DNA from: a virus
DNA length: 64,000 nt
Virus record (IMG/VR): IMGVR_UViG_3300020048_002392
Location: 17,838 to 81,837 of that record
Direction: 5' to 3' (one strand)
Shown here: in pieces, positions 29,917-41,111 of the stretch
How positions within the stretch are numbered: the first letter of the stretch is position 1
How the letters are laid out: the number at the start of each line of letters is the position of its first letter
Program-made: the position numbers and the translations under genes
The notes under the pieces: model-generated
What the model saw: the letters and a program-made list of their open reading frames with translations, nothing else
What the model was told of the DNA's origin: nothing
Database searches by the model: none

Positions 29917-30377
29917 CAATAACAACGCTAATAACAAGTCAGGCGCCAGACGCAAAACCGATTGGTGTAAGTAAATCCATAACAAACGCAGGGTGGACTA
30001 TACTTATAGAAACACCGAACTACGAGATACCTGAAGAAACATTTGGTGGAGGTACTATTATTGTTCCGGGTGTTGCCGAAATCATCAGTCCTCTTCTTAT
30101 ATCAAATATATCGGCAGATAGCATAACAGTAGACATACGAATTTATCGTGAACTTGATAGTAATGGTGACCCTGATGGTACTAATTATCTAATTGCTGCT
30201 CAACTACCTATTCCTGCTTTTGACATCTTGCCTTTACCACTGAATGGTCAATTTATCGCAAGCGGTGATAGACTAGAGATAACATCCGACGCAGTAAGCG
30301 GAATTAACGTAACCATATCATACACAGTCGGTCAGGCTGAACAGGATGACGTAGACGGAATAGTGGAGATCCTGTAA
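29913..30377 (+). CDS. 154-aa structural protein, module A
   Basis: KPI.VS...T...E.P.(Y/F), .PL...N, PA(F/Y)D...P..G and GDR motifs shared with 56437..56901. Confidence 0.65.
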   Translation: MTITTLITSQAPDAKPIGVSKSITNAGWTILIETPNYEIPEETFGGGTIIVPGVAEIISPLLISNISADSITVDIRIYRELDSNGDPDGTNYLIAAQLPIPAFDILPLPLNGQFIASGDRLEITSDAVSGINVTISYTVGQAEQDDVDGIVEIL

Positions 30378-33300
30378 TGGCTTTAAAAACTGTACGCGGT
30401 ACTTCCTCTCTTATTGGACAGGGTGCCAAGTTAGAAACACCTATTAACTTAGATCCTAATTACTTTGAAGGCGCTATCATTTATGGTAACGACCAAAACG
30501 TATACTATTCAAATGGAACACAGTGGATAATTCTTAACCAAGGTCTTCAAGGTATTCAAGGCCTACAGGGTATGCAAGGTCTTCAAGGTATTCAAGGTTT
30601 ACAGGGTCTAACTGGACAAGGTATCCAAGGTATCCAAGGTCGTCAAGGCGTACAGGGTGTACAAGGTATTCAAGGTTTAACTGGACAAGGCATTCAAGGT
30701 CTACAAGGTACTGAAGGTCCACAGGGTATTCAAGGAACACAAGGTCCACAAGGTATTCAAGGAACACAAGGACCACAGGGTATACAAGGAACTCAAGGGA
30801 ACCAAGGACTGCAGGGAATACAAGGCTCGCAAGGTATATTCGGCGTTCAAGGTATTCAAGGATCACAAGGGATAACCGGTTTCCAAGGTATTCAGGGATC
30901 ACAAGGTGTTCAAGGCATACAAGGAACCCAAGGTATTCAAGGTACGCAAGGATCTCAGGGTTCACAGGGTCTACAAGGACTCCAAGGTATTCAAGGGCCG
31001 CAAGGGCAACAAGGTGTTCAGGGATCTGTTGGATTCCAAGGTATTCAAGGATCACACGGCTCTCAAGGAACTCAGGGAACTCAAGGTATACAAGGATCGG
31101 TTGGTTTCCAAGGTATCCAGGGAACTCAAGGTCCACAAGGCATTCAAGGGCAAGAAGGTACTCAAGGAACACAAGGTACTCAAGGTGTTCAAGGTGTACA
31201 GGGTCAGCAGGGTATCCAAGGTCAACAGGGTATTCAGGGCAACCAAGGTATTCAAGGTCAACAGGGTATTCAAGGACCGCAGGGTATTCAGGGATCGCAA
31301 GGACTCCAAGGGGCGCAAGGTACGCAAGGTGTCCAAGGTCTCCAAGGTATACAAGGTAGTTACGGTCCTGCGCTAACAATCATTGGATCTATTGCCGATG
31401 TATCTAACTTCGTTCCGCCTGATGATGAACAAGACGTATTAAATACGGCGTTCCCTAGTGCTGTAGTTGGAAACGGTGTCATCGATCTTGCTACTGGTAA
31501 CCTATGGGTTTATGATGGCGCAAATTGGGATAACGTTGGCCAAATTCAAGGACCACAGGGTGCTCAAGGTACTCAAGGTCTGACTGGACAAGGCATACAA
31601 GGTATTCAAGGACCACAGGGTACACAAGGTGTACAAGGTATACAAGGCGCTCAAGGTGTTCAAGGCTCGCAAGGCATACAGGGTATCCAAGGGCCACAGG
31701 GCACTCAAGGTGTACAAGGTCTGTTTGGTATTCAAGGTATTCAAGGTAGACAAGGCATACAGGGAACCCAAGGTCCTCAAGGTGCGCAAGGCTCTCAAGG
31801 TGTGCAAGGTCTCCAAGGTATTCAAGGCTCAATAGGTGCACAAGGTGTTCAAGGCATTCAAGGGCATCAGGGTGTACAAGGCCTACAAGGTATTCAAGGA
31901 AACTTCGGTCCGCAAGGTATCATAGGTATTCAAGGCGTTCAGGGTATCCAAGGACCTCAAGGTGTTACTGGTTTCCAAGGTATTCAAGGTACTCAAGGCA
32001 CTCAAGGTATTCAAGGTACTCAAGGTATTCAAGGTCAGCAGGGTATCCAAGGCCCGCAGGGTACTCAAGGTGTGCAAGGTATTCAAGGACAAACTGGTCA
32101 GCAAGGTATACAAGGTCTAACTGGTTCGCAAGGCGCGCAAGGTGTATTAGGTACAACTGGATCTACTGGCGCTCAAGGTGTTCAAGGTATACAAGGACGA
32201 CAAGGTGTACAAGGTCTAACTGGGCAAGGTATTCAAGGTATCCAAGGCGCAACTGGTGCTCAGGGTACCCAAGGTATTACTGGATCACAAGGCACAACTG
32301 GTAGCCAAGGTCTTCAAGGTATTCAGGGAACCCAAGGTTTAATTGGACCACAAGGCATTCAAGGTGTTCAAGGTGTTTATGGTAATCAAGGTCTACAAGG
32401 AGCTAGCGGTTCTGGAAACCAAGGTGTACAAGGTATAACTGGAAGTCAAGGTGCACAAGGTGTATTCGGGAACCAAGGTATCCAAGGTAGACAGGGTATT
32501 CAAGGTCCTATAGGTCCACAGGGACTAAGAGGTGCACAAGGTATCCAGGGCACTCAAGGACTCCAAGGTTCGCAAGGCGTGCAAGGTCTAGTTGGACAAG
32601 GTATTCAAGGACTACAGGGTGTACAGGGTACATATGGGCCAGGTCTTTCTATTATCGGAACGATAGCAACCGCAAGTAATGTACTGTTACAATCAACATT
32701 CCCAAGCGCAGTATCTGGAAACGCAGTTATTGAAACTAGTACAGGCAACCTATGGGTGTATGACGGATTTGAATGGTCTGACATTGGCCAGTTCGTTGGA
32801 TCTCAAGGTATTCAGGGTCGTCAAGGGGCGCAGGGTATTACTGGACAGCAAGGTGTACAAGGTCTTCAAGGTATCATTGGAGCGCAAGGTATAACTGGTT
32901 CTCAAGGTTCCCAGGGTCTTCAAGGTCTTCGTGGATCGCAAGGATCGCAAGGCATTCAAGGTATCCAAGGTATTATTGGACCGCAAGGTATATCTGGTGT
33001 ACTAGGATCTACTGGTCTGCAAGGTCTACAGGGTATGCAGGGCGCGCAGGGTCTTCAGGGTATGCAAGGTATCCAAGGACGTCAAGGAGTTCAAGGTTTA
33101 ACTGGTTCGCAAGGAATTGCCGGTTTTGTTGGTGGAGATGGTACACAGGGCACTCAAGGTATTCAGGGTGTTCAAGGTATCCAAGGGCGTCAAGGAGTTC
33201 AAGGTTTACAAGGTGTCACTGGCGCACAGGGTATATCAGGTGTTATAGGATCTAACGGTTTACAAGGTCTTCAAGGCATGCAAGGCATCCAAGGAAGACA

Positions 33301-34327
33301 AGGTATTACTGGTGCACAAGGTATCTCAGGTGTTGTTGGTAACAATGGTATTCAGGGTATTCAAGGTCTGCAGGGTGTCACTGGCGCAACTGGTGCACAA
33401 GGTATCTCAGGTGTTGTTGGTAACAATGGTATTCAGGGTATTCAAGGTCTGCAGGGTGTCACTGGCGCAACTGGTGCACAAGGTATCTCAGGTGTTGTTG
33501 GTAACAATGGTATTCAGGGTATTCAAGGTCTACAGGGTCTTACTGGTGCAACTGGTGCACAAGGTATCTCAGGTGTATTAGGATCCAACGGTTCACAGGG
33601 TATCCAAGGTTTACAAGGCCTAATTGGTCCGCAAGGTATCTCAGGTGTCCTCGGTGGTGACGGTTCGCAAGGAACGCAAGGTATCCAAGGCCGTCAAGGT
33701 ATACAGGGTACACAGGGTATTATCGGTCCACAAGGTATATCAGGCGTTCTAGGCTCTAATGGTTCACAAGGTACACAAGGTATACAAGGTGTTCAAGGTA
33801 TTACTGGCTCGCAAGGAACAACTGGTACTGGTGCGCAAGGTGCACAAGGCATCCAAGGTCTACAGGGTGTACTAGGTGTTCAAGGTCTTCAAGGTCTAAC
33901 CGGCCCTTCCACCATTATCAATGCAACTGATGATACTACAACAACTACGCTATATCCTGTTATGGTTGGAGCTGCCGGTTCAAACCAGACACCAAAGGTT
34001 ACAACAACTAAGTTATATTTTAACGCTGCAACTGGTACTGTAAATGCTACAGAATTTAACTCTCTATCTGACATGGATCTAAAAGAGAATGTAACTTCAA
34101 TTGCTAATCCACTTGAAGCAATAAAGAATATTGCAGGGTTTGCGTTTACTTGGAAGGATACAAAAGAAAAGTCGATTGGTGTATCTGCGCAGAACGTTGA
34201 AGAAATATTCCCAGATATTGTTAATAATAACCTGCATAAGACCGTAAACTATAACGGTTTAATCGCGGTTCTAATTGAAGCAGTTAAGCAGTTAGATGAT
34301 AAGATAGAAGCTGTAATTAGAAAATGA
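30377..34327 (+). CDS. Collagen-like (G-X-Q) fibre with C-terminal peptidase S74-type intramolecular chaperone
   Basis: About 1000 aa of G-X-Y triplets with Y mostly Gln, two globular inserts (..GNLWVYDG..W..(V/I)GQ), and C-terminal [10 protein letters not shown]...[12 protein letters not shown]...[17 protein letters not shown]. Confidence 0.88.
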   Translation: MALKTVRGTSSLIGQGAKLETPINLDPNYFEGAIIYGNDQNVYYSNGTQWIILNQGLQGIQGLQGMQGLQGIQGLQGLTGQGIQGIQGRQGVQGVQGIQGLTGQGIQGLQGTEGPQGIQGTQGPQGIQGTQGPQGIQGTQGNQGLQGIQGSQGIFGVQGIQGSQGITGFQGIQGSQGVQGIQGTQGIQGTQGSQGSQGLQGLQGIQGPQGQQGVQGSVGFQGIQGSHGSQGTQGTQGIQGSVGFQGIQGTQGPQGIQGQEGTQGTQGTQGVQGVQGQQGIQGQQGIQGNQGIQGQQGIQGPQGIQGSQGLQGAQGTQGVQGLQGIQGSYGPALTIIGSIADVSNFVPPDDEQDVLNTAFPSAVVGNGVIDLATGNLWVYDGANWDNVGQIQGPQGAQGTQGLTGQGIQGIQGPQGTQGVQGIQGAQGVQGSQGIQGIQGPQGTQGVQGLFGIQGIQGRQGIQGTQGPQGAQGSQGVQGLQGIQGSIGAQGVQGIQGHQGVQGLQGIQGNFGPQGIIGIQGVQGIQGPQGVTGFQGIQGTQGTQGIQGTQGIQGQQGIQGPQGTQGVQGIQGQTGQQGIQGLTGSQGAQGVLGTTGSTGAQGVQGIQGRQGVQGLTGQGIQGIQGATGAQGTQGITGSQGTTGSQGLQGIQGTQGLIGPQGIQGVQGVYGNQGLQGASGSGNQGVQGITGSQGAQGVFGNQGIQGRQGIQGPIGPQGLRGAQGIQGTQGLQGSQGVQGLVGQGIQGLQGVQGTYGPGLSIIGTIATASNVLLQSTFPSAVSGNAVIETSTGNLWVYDGFEWSDIGQFVGSQGIQGRQGAQGITGQQGVQGLQGIIGAQGITGSQGSQGLQGLRGSQGSQGIQGIQGIIGPQGISGVLGSTGLQGLQGMQGAQGLQGMQGIQGRQGVQGLTGSQGIAGFVGGDGTQGTQGIQGVQGIQGRQGVQGLQGVTGAQGISGVIGSNGLQGLQGMQGIQGRQGITGAQGISGVVGNNGIQGIQGLQGVTGATGAQGISGVVGNNGIQGIQGLQGVTGATGAQGISGVVGNNGIQGIQGLQGLTGATGAQGISGVLGSNGSQGIQGLQGLIGPQGISGVLGGDGSQGTQGIQGRQGIQGTQGIIGPQGISGVLGSNGSQGTQGIQGVQGITGSQGTTGTGAQGAQGIQGLQGVLGVQGLQGLTGPSTIINATDDTTTTTLYPVMVGAAGSNQTPKVTTTKLYFNAATGTVNATEFNSLSDMDLKENVTSIANPLEAIKNIAGFAFTWKDTKEKSIGVSAQNVEEIFPDIVNNNLHKTVNYNGLIAVLIEAVKQLDDKIEAVIRK
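33308..33550 (+). repeat. Three near-identical 81-bp tandem units inside the collagen gene
   Basis: ACTGGTGCACAAGGTATCTCAGGTGTTGTTGGTAACAATGG... recurs at 33308, 33389 and 33470, and a fourth unit starts at 33551 and diverges. Confidence 0.9.
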
Positions 34328-34342
34328 TAGGGAAGATTAATT

Positions 34343-35506
34343 ATGCCATTATATGCGTGTAACGGATGTGTTAAGAATCTTTTTGTCACAGACGAAGAAT
34401 TTATTGAAAGATTCACCGGTAAGCGACTGTTTACGTGGGGATTTAATGACGCAGGACAATTAGGAGATCAATCAAGAGTAAACAGATCTTCTCCAGTCCA
34501 AACAATTTCAACCGGAACGAATTGGAAACAAACTCAAATTGGTAGATGTAATGGCATTGGCATTAAAACTGACGGTTCTCTTTGGGTGTGGGGGCAAGGC
34601 GTCGCTGGTCAAATGGGTAATAGTGCTGCAACAGCAAGATCTTCTCCAGTACAGACAATATCAGCAGGAACAAATTGGAGAAATGCGGCAATTGGGTGGA
34701 CCACGGCAGCTGCTATTAAAACTGACGGTACACTTTGGCTGTGGGGTGGGGGAACTCTTGGTACTCTTGGAAATCAAAATAGCGCAAACAATTTTTCATC
34801 ACCAGTTCAAACCATTTCTACTGGGACAAATTGGAAACAAGTTAGCGTCGGTTGTGCAACAGCTGGTGCTATTAAAACCGATGGATCTCTTTGGTTATGG
34901 GGGCAAGCAACTGCAGGTATCTTAGGAAATCAGTCAGTAGTTAATAGATCGTCTCCAGTACAAACTGTATCCAATGTCACTACTTGGAAACAAGTTAGAG
35001 TTGGCGGGCTTTTCACTGGCGCTGTTAAGACTGATGGTTCTCTTTGGTTATGGGGTACAGGAACTGATGGTCAATTAGGTAGAGAAAATGTTATATCTCA
35101 ATCATCGCCTGTTCAAACTGTATCTAACGTAACTACTTGGAAACAAGTTAGTGTAGGATATTACAATGCAGCTGCTATTAAAACTGATGGGTCGCTTTGG
35201 ACCTGGGGTCAAGGCAGTTCTGGAAAATTAGGAAATAACGGCATTACAAGTAGATCGTCTCCAGTGCAAACCGTATCAGCCGGGACAAATTGGAGATCTG
35301 TAGATGCAGGATTTCAACACGTTGGTGCTATTAAAACAGACGGGTCTCTTTGGTTATGGGGTGGAAACGCAACTGGATATCTAGGCGCGAATAATATTAC
35401 CGTGCGGTCTTCACCAGTTCAAACTATATCGAGTGGTACTGGCTGGAGAAGTATAGGTATTTCGGCTAGTTCAACCTCTACACCAGCACTGTGTAACGTA
35501 GAATAA
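34343..35506 (+). CDS. RCC1-like beta-propeller protein 1
   Basis: About seven 52-aa repeats: IKTDG(S/T)LW.WG....G.LG.....RSSPVQT.S..T.WKQV. Confidence 0.9.
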   Translation: MPLYACNGCVKNLFVTDEEFIERFTGKRLFTWGFNDAGQLGDQSRVNRSSPVQTISTGTNWKQTQIGRCNGIGIKTDGSLWVWGQGVAGQMGNSAATARSSPVQTISAGTNWRNAAIGWTTAAAIKTDGTLWLWGGGTLGTLGNQNSANNFSSPVQTISTGTNWKQVSVGCATAGAIKTDGSLWLWGQATAGILGNQSVVNRSSPVQTVSNVTTWKQVRVGGLFTGAVKTDGSLWLWGTGTDGQLGRENVISQSSPVQTVSNVTTWKQVSVGYYNAAAIKTDGSLWTWGQGSSGKLGNNGITSRSSPVQTVSAGTNWRSVDAGFQHVGAIKTDGSLWLWGGNATGYLGANNITVRSSPVQTISSGTGWRSIGISASSTSTPALCNVE

Positions 35507-35521
35507 TAAGGTTTATTATAA

Positions 35522-36688
35522 ATGCCGATAAAAGCTTGTCAAGGTTGCATCAAGGATATGTTCATTACTACTATTGAAGCAATAGACTGCTTCACTGGTA
35601 AACAACTTTGGGGTTGGGGCGGTCCAATTAGTACGGCATTTAGTACTATAGGAGATGGTACAACAGCAGATAGACCTTCACCAGTGCAAACAATCTCTGG
35701 TGGAAATAATTGGAAATGTGCTACATCTGGGACCAACCACTCAGCAGGAATAAAACAAGATGGAACCTTGTGGTTATGGGGATACGGCGGTTTAGGGGCT
35801 CTAGGAAATAACTCTGCCGCGAGTCAAGTATCCCCAGTCCAAACTATTTCAGGTGGGCAAAATTGGAAGACTGTTAGCGCAGGTGGCTTCCACACACTTG
35901 CTATTAAGACTGATGGAACACTTTGGACATGGGGAAGAAATAATTCTGGATCACTTGGTGATAATACAATAACAAATAAGTTATCACCAGTCCAAACAAT
36001 TGCTGCTGGTAACGATTGGAGTTCAGGTTCAGCTGGACTTGAGTTAAGCGCAGCTATTAAAACTGATGGTACATTATGGTTATGGGGAGTGGGATTCTGT
36101 GGGGCGTTAGGCAATGGTGCAATAACAAATAGGTCATCACCGGTACAGACGATCGCGGGTGGGAGCAATTGGAAACAAGTAAGTGCAGGTACTTATGCAG
36201 CTGCGGCAATTAAAACAGATGGTACTCTATGGACATGGGGGCGTGGAAATAGTGGAGAGTTAGGAGACAATACGACAGTTAGCAAATCTTCTCCTGTTCA
36301 GACGATCGCGGGCGGGAGCAATTGGAAAGAGGTTTCTACCGGAAGAACAGTAAAAGCAGCAGTCAAAACAGATGGTACTCTTTGGACATGGGGTTATAAT
36401 ACTAGAGGTGAATTAGGAGATAATACTGGTGTGGCGAAATTGTCTCCGGTACAGACGATTGCTGGAGGGTCGAATTGGAGAAGTGTTTCAATATCAGATC
36501 ACGCCGCAGCTATTAAAACTGATGGCACTGTTTGGACTTGGGGTTATAATGGTAGAGGTGGTCTTGGTGACAACACAGTAGCTAACAAATTTTCGCCAGT
36601 TCAAACAGTTGCTTTAGGAACTTCTTGGAAACAAGTTTCGTCTGGAACAACAAACACTACGCTTGCAATTAAAGAGGTAGAGTTCTAA
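35522..36688 (+). CDS. RCC1-like beta-propeller protein 2
   Basis: Same repeat. N-terminal CxxC shared with protein 1. Confidence 0.9.
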   Translation: MPIKACQGCIKDMFITTIEAIDCFTGKQLWGWGGPISTAFSTIGDGTTADRPSPVQTISGGNNWKCATSGTNHSAGIKQDGTLWLWGYGGLGALGNNSAASQVSPVQTISGGQNWKTVSAGGFHTLAIKTDGTLWTWGRNNSGSLGDNTITNKLSPVQTIAAGNDWSSGSAGLELSAAIKTDGTLWLWGVGFCGALGNGAITNRSSPVQTIAGGSNWKQVSAGTYAAAAIKTDGTLWTWGRGNSGELGDNTTVSKSSPVQTIAGGSNWKEVSTGRTVKAAVKTDGTLWTWGYNTRGELGDNTGVAKLSPVQTIAGGSNWRSVSISDHAAAIKTDGTVWTWGYNGRGGLGDNTVANKFSPVQTVALGTSWKQVSSGTTNTTLAIKEVEF

Positions 36689-36725
36689 TAAATAATAAGA
36701 ACCACCTATAAGATAAAGGCGTCGT

Positions 36726-37934
36726 ATGGTAAACTACATCTGCACAAGATTCAAAGATAGTGACGGGTTAGACCTCGGTTGTCATTTGATACCTAAGGAG
36801 TATCTTCTTGAAAAATATCCAGCGATACAAGAATGGGTGAAAGCTCCTGCTCTTTGGGGTTGGGGTAACAATGATTATGGAAAATTAGGTAACAATTCAA
36901 CACTAGATTTCTCTTCGCCAGTTCAAACTATATCCAGTGGAACAAACTGGAGAAGCGTATCTACTGAAAACACTAGAGCATCAGGTATTAAAACTGATGG
37001 CACATTATGGAATTGGGGTCAAAATAGAAATGGTGGCTTAGGAAATAACGATATTGTAAACAGATCTTCTCCAGTACAAACAGTGTCTGGAGGAACAAAT
37101 TGGAAAGCTGTTAGCAGTTCATCGCATGGGAGTATAGCGTTAAAAACCGATGGAACTCTTTGGGGTTGGGGTTTGAACGCCTACGGCCAACTAGGTAATA
37201 ATAATAGGATCAACAGCTCATCACCGATACAGACTATTTCCAGTGGCACCAACTGGAAAAGCATAAATGCTATTTTGTTTTCTTCATTCGCAATAAAAAC
37301 CGATGGTACTCTTTGGGCTTGGGGTGATGGAGTATATGGAAAATTAGGAAACAATAGTGTAATAAGTAGATCTTCGCCAGTACAAACTATATCCGCAGGA
37401 ACCAACTGGAAGCAAGTGAGTGCAGGGTGGTGTTTTACAGTTGCTACAAAAACAGATGGTACTCTTTGGTTGTGGGGTAGTAATTTAGGCGGACGTCTTG
37501 CAGATCATTCATCAACAGATAGATCATCTCCTGTCCAAACCGTGTCTGGTGGAACTAACTGGAGACAAGCAAGTGCTGGAAGGTGTCACGGCGCAGCGAT
37601 TAAAAACGATGGCACACTTTGGACTTGGGGTGCAGCATGCGCTGGAAGATTGGGCGACGAGTCTAATTTCCTAGTAAATATGTCATCCCCTGTTCAAACG
37701 GTTTCAGGTGGCACTAATTGGTTCTCAGTTAAAGCTGGCGTTACACACAGCGCAGCAATTAAAACTGATGGCACACTTTGGCTATGGGGATTTAATGGAT
37801 ACGGGAATCTTGGAATAAACACTATTACTATCAGAACGTATTCTTCTCCGATGCAAACGATGTCTGGCGGTACGAACTGGAAATTTGCAGAAGTCGGATC
37901 TGGCACTACTTTTGCGTTGAAAGATGAAGGTTAA
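36726..37934 (+). CDS. RCC1-like beta-propeller protein 3
   Basis: Same repeat. N-terminal GLDLGCHL..KEY.LE.YP. Confidence 0.9.
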   Translation: MVNYICTRFKDSDGLDLGCHLIPKEYLLEKYPAIQEWVKAPALWGWGNNDYGKLGNNSTLDFSSPVQTISSGTNWRSVSTENTRASGIKTDGTLWNWGQNRNGGLGNNDIVNRSSPVQTVSGGTNWKAVSSSSHGSIALKTDGTLWGWGLNAYGQLGNNNRINSSSPIQTISSGTNWKSINAILFSSFAIKTDGTLWAWGDGVYGKLGNNSVISRSSPVQTISAGTNWKQVSAGWCFTVATKTDGTLWLWGSNLGGRLADHSSTDRSSPVQTVSGGTNWRQASAGRCHGAAIKNDGTLWTWGAACAGRLGDESNFLVNMSSPVQTVSGGTNWFSVKAGVTHSAAIKTDGTLWLWGFNGYGNLGINTITIRTYSSPMQTMSGGTNWKFAEVGSGTTFALKDEG

Positions 37935-37960
37935 GATGTCACATAGGAGACTTTTTAGAA

Positions 37961-39157
37961 GTGGTAGATAATCCATCAGGGTTTAAAATAACAGACACAG
38001 CCGCTTGCTGGGATAAAGTTGATTTTAACGACGTCTTCATCAATAAAGATTGCTTTCAAGAAGGCGGTCTTTGGTTATGGGGCTGGCCGTCAGGTGGAAA
38101 GTTGGGTGATAACACGAATACGACTAAATTTTCACCAGTGCAAACAGTTTCAGGTGGTGTTAATTGGAAGCAAGTAATAATTGGTTACAATCACACAGCA
38201 GCAGTGAAAACTGATGGTTCATTATGGGCATGGGGATTTAATAATGTCGGGCAATTAGGTAGAAATAATATAGTTAACGCTTCGTCACCAGCCCAAACAA
38301 TATCCAGTGGAACTAATTGGAAAGGTGTTAGCATAGGAGGTGCTCATACTGGAGCAATAAAATCCGATGGCACTTTATGGGTGTGGGGTTTAAGTTCTAA
38401 TGGACAAATTGGCGATAACGCAATCGTGAATAGGTCGTCACCAGTACAAACAGTGTCAGGTGGATCGTCATGGAAAAAAGTTAGTCTTGCTGGGTCTCAC
38501 TCTGCTGCAATTAAAACTGACGGCACGCTTTGGTTATGGGGTAACGGCAATTCAGGTAGACTAGGAAACGACTCAATATTAAACAGATCTTCTCCAGTCC
38601 AAACTATATCAGGCGGTACTAATTGGAAACAAGTTAGCGCTACTGGTTTGTTTTCTGCTGGTATTAAAAATGATAGTACACTTTGGTTGTGGGGAGTTGG
38701 AGTAAACGGTCAGCTAGGAGATAACCGAGTTGGACTCAGATCTTCACCAGTTCAAACTATATCCGAAGGTACAAATTGGAAGCAAGTTGGTACTGGGTAT
38801 GACCACACCGCCGCAATCAAAATAGATGGTACGCTATGGTTATGGGGCAAATCTAATTTTGGACAGATAGGCGGTAGCAATGGGTTGCAAAGCGTTTCTT
38901 CTCCAGTACAGACAGTATCTGGTGGCACTAATTGGAAACAAACAAGTGTTGGGTATGCGCATTCAGCTGCAATCAAAACAGATGGTACTCTTTGGGCTTG
39001 GGGTGTAGGTTCTTATGGTGCGTTAGGAAATAATAGTTCGTTATCGCAATCTTCACCAGTACAGACGATATCCGGTGGAACGAGTTGGTTATCCGTGTGC
39101 ATGCAAGGTGGGGCAATTAGCACATCTGCTATTAAAGATGGCGGAACTATTTTTTAA
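37961..39157 (+). CDS. RCC1-like beta-propeller protein 4
   Basis: Same repeat. N-terminal NP.GF.IT...DF.DVFI.KDCF.EGG. Confidence 0.9.
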   Translation: MVDNPSGFKITDTAACWDKVDFNDVFINKDCFQEGGLWLWGWPSGGKLGDNTNTTKFSPVQTVSGGVNWKQVIIGYNHTAAVKTDGSLWAWGFNNVGQLGRNNIVNASSPAQTISSGTNWKGVSIGGAHTGAIKSDGTLWVWGLSSNGQIGDNAIVNRSSPVQTVSGGSSWKKVSLAGSHSAAIKTDGTLWLWGNGNSGRLGNDSILNRSSPVQTISGGTNWKQVSATGLFSAGIKNDSTLWLWGVGVNGQLGDNRVGLRSSPVQTISEGTNWKQVGTGYDHTAAIKIDGTLWLWGKSNFGQIGGSNGLQSVSSPVQTVSGGTNWKQTSVGYAHSAAIKTDGTLWAWGVGSYGALGNNSSLSQSSPVQTISGGTSWLSVCMQGGAISTSAIKDGGTIF

Positions 39158-39167
39158 GAGACTTCAT

Positions 39168-39175
39168 TATAAATA
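39168..39175 (+). promoter_or_regulatory. T4-type late promoter TATAAATA
   Basis: Exact match, intergenic, before ORF 39226. Confidence 0.75.
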
Positions 39176-39225
39176 CATTAAACTCATAGTAAATCTATTA
39201 TGACATATAATTTAAAGAGGATAAC

Positions 39226-39891
39226 ATGTACGTAATAACTGATCACAACACTCAAAACTTTGTTATCTTGGGTCCTATCGAATGGAAACCAAGATACATG
39301 TCAGATATTCTTTCAGATGAATTGGATCAAGACATAGTTATAACTAGAGAAGATGAATCTAGAGTACCATTTGATGTAGTCCCAGGTGTAACAATTCGAA
39401 AATGCATATCAGTGTATGAAGAGATTAATCAAAAGATCCATAGATACGAAGGACCGTTCTGGGTATACGATGATGGCAACACAGAGTACCAAGCAACTGC
39501 TACATGGGAACAACGAAATAAGCCGTTAGAATCCGTAAAAGCAGATCTTAAAAACTTAGTTGCTGACATAAGATGGAAAAAAGAAGGTAAGGGTGTAACT
39601 CTTACTATCCAAGGAACAGAAGTTTGGTGTGATACATCACGCGGCAATAGAGATATCTTTCTTCAGAAGTATACAATTATGCCAGATAATACAACTATCA
39701 ATTGGAAATTTCAAAATGCTTGGTTAGAACTTACGAAAGCAGAGCTTGGTACTATTGTGACTGAAGGGTCTACTTATATACAATCGTGTTTTGATTGGGA
39801 AGCTGCTCAGTCAATTATCATTGACAACTGTACTACACTCGCTGAGTTAGATGCGTTGGTGTTTGCTGAACCGGCCCTTGGGGAAGCTTAA
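39226..39891 (+). CDS. Tail fibre assembly-like protein (DUF4376-like C-terminus)
   Basis: K..LK..VA..RW.KE..G.T...DT.R......WK....W..LT..EL......YIQ.CF.WE pattern. Confidence 0.65.
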   Translation: MYVITDHNTQNFVILGPIEWKPRYMSDILSDELDQDIVITREDESRVPFDVVPGVTIRKCISVYEEINQKIHRYEGPFWVYDDGNTEYQATATWEQRNKPLESVKADLKNLVADIRWKKEGKGVTLTIQGTEVWCDTSRGNRDIFLQKYTIMPDNTTINWKFQNAWLELTKAELGTIVTEGSTYIQSCFDWEAAQSIIIDNCTTLAELDALVFAEPALGEA

Positions 39892-41111
39892 TGTCTGAAA
39901 GAGTAGTTACAAACTTCATTGATGATGGCGGGCTTGACATTGGGTGTCATCTCGTATCAAAGGAGTATGTGCTTGAAAACTACCCAGAACTAGTTCCTTG
40001 GATGAAAACACCAGCTCTTTGGACTTGGGGATCCGGTGTGTATGGAAGGCTTGGAAACAATGCCACAGGTTCTCTTGCATCTCGATCATCTCCGGTACAA
40101 ACAGTATCAAATGGAACTAACTGGAAGCAGGTTGCAACTGGGCAGTCATATAGTGGTGGCATAAAAACTGATGGTACTTTATGGTTGTGGGGTTTTAATT
40201 TTGCCGGTGGTCTTGGTGATAATACTACTGCGAATAGGTCATCGCCAGTTCAAACGGTGTCGAATGTAACCACTTGGAAATCAATTACTGTAAATGGTGC
40301 TATGGCTGCTGCAATTAAAACTGATGGCACGCTTTGGACGTGGGGTTTAAATACTTATGGTCAATTAGGAAATCAATCAATAACTAATAGATCGTCACCA
40401 GTTCAAACAGTATCCAATGTCACTACTTGGAAACAAGTAACCAACTCGTCATTTCAAACTACAGCCGCAGTTAAAACGGATGGGTCGTTATGGACGTGGG
40501 GCTTTGGTGGGTATGGTATCTTAGGAAATCAGTCATTTGTTCATAGATCGTCTCCAGTACAAACCGTATCCAATGTCACTACTTGGAAACAAGTAAGTAT
40601 GGGGTCGAACTTTTCCACTGCCGTTAAATTAGACGGCTCTCTTTGGACTTGGGGATGTGGAGGTGATGGGCAGTTAGGAAACAATGCAAACGGAAATTCA
40701 GGAAGCAGATCTTCTCCAGTGCAAACAGTATCTAATGTCACTACTTGGAAACAAGTAAGCGGTGGGGACCGAATGACCGCTGCGATTAAGACTGATGGTA
40801 CACTTTGGTCCTGGGGTTATAACACTAATCGCGCAGTAGGTGATGGGACTACTATTGCTAGGTCATCGCCTGTCCAAACTGTATCAGGTGGAACCAATTG
40901 GCTTAAAGTATCAGCTAGTGGTGTTGTCGCTGGAATTAAAACTGATGGTAGTTTGTGGCTGTGGGGAAGTGATAACGGCGGCGGTGGTGGTGATAATGTT
41001 GGTGTTTTTAGTTCAGGTTCTCCAGTACAGACAATTTCAGCTGGAACTGGTTGGAAGGATGTGTGTGCTTCTTCAGGATTAATAGCAATCAGAGACGAGG
41101 GTGAATTTTAA
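39891..41111 (+). CDS. RCC1-like beta-propeller protein 5
   Basis: Same repeat. The N-terminus is paralogous to protein 3. Confidence 0.9.
   Translation: MSERVVTNFIDDGGLDIGCHLVSKEYVLENYPELVPWMKTPALWTWGSGVYGRLGNNATGSLASRSSPVQTVSNGTNWKQVATGQSYSGGIKTDGTLWLWGFNFAGGLGDNTTANRSSPVQTVSNVTTWKSITVNGAMAAAIKTDGTLWTWGLNTYGQLGNQSITNRSSPVQTVSNVTTWKQVTNSSFQTTAAVKTDGSLWTWGFGGYGILGNQSFVHRSSPVQTVSNVTTWKQVSMGSNFSTAVKLDGSLWTWGCGGDGQLGNNANGNSGSRSSPVQTVSNVTTWKQVSGGDRMTAAIKTDGTLWSWGYNTNRAVGDGTTIARSSPVQTVSGGTNWLKVSASGVVAGIKTDGSLWLWGSDNGGGGGDNVGVFSSGSPVQTISAGTGWKDVCASSGLIAIRDEGEF

Noticed and set aside
30534-33581. Alternative-frame and antisense ORFs within the first collagen
   Set aside because: Same repeat-shadow artefact.
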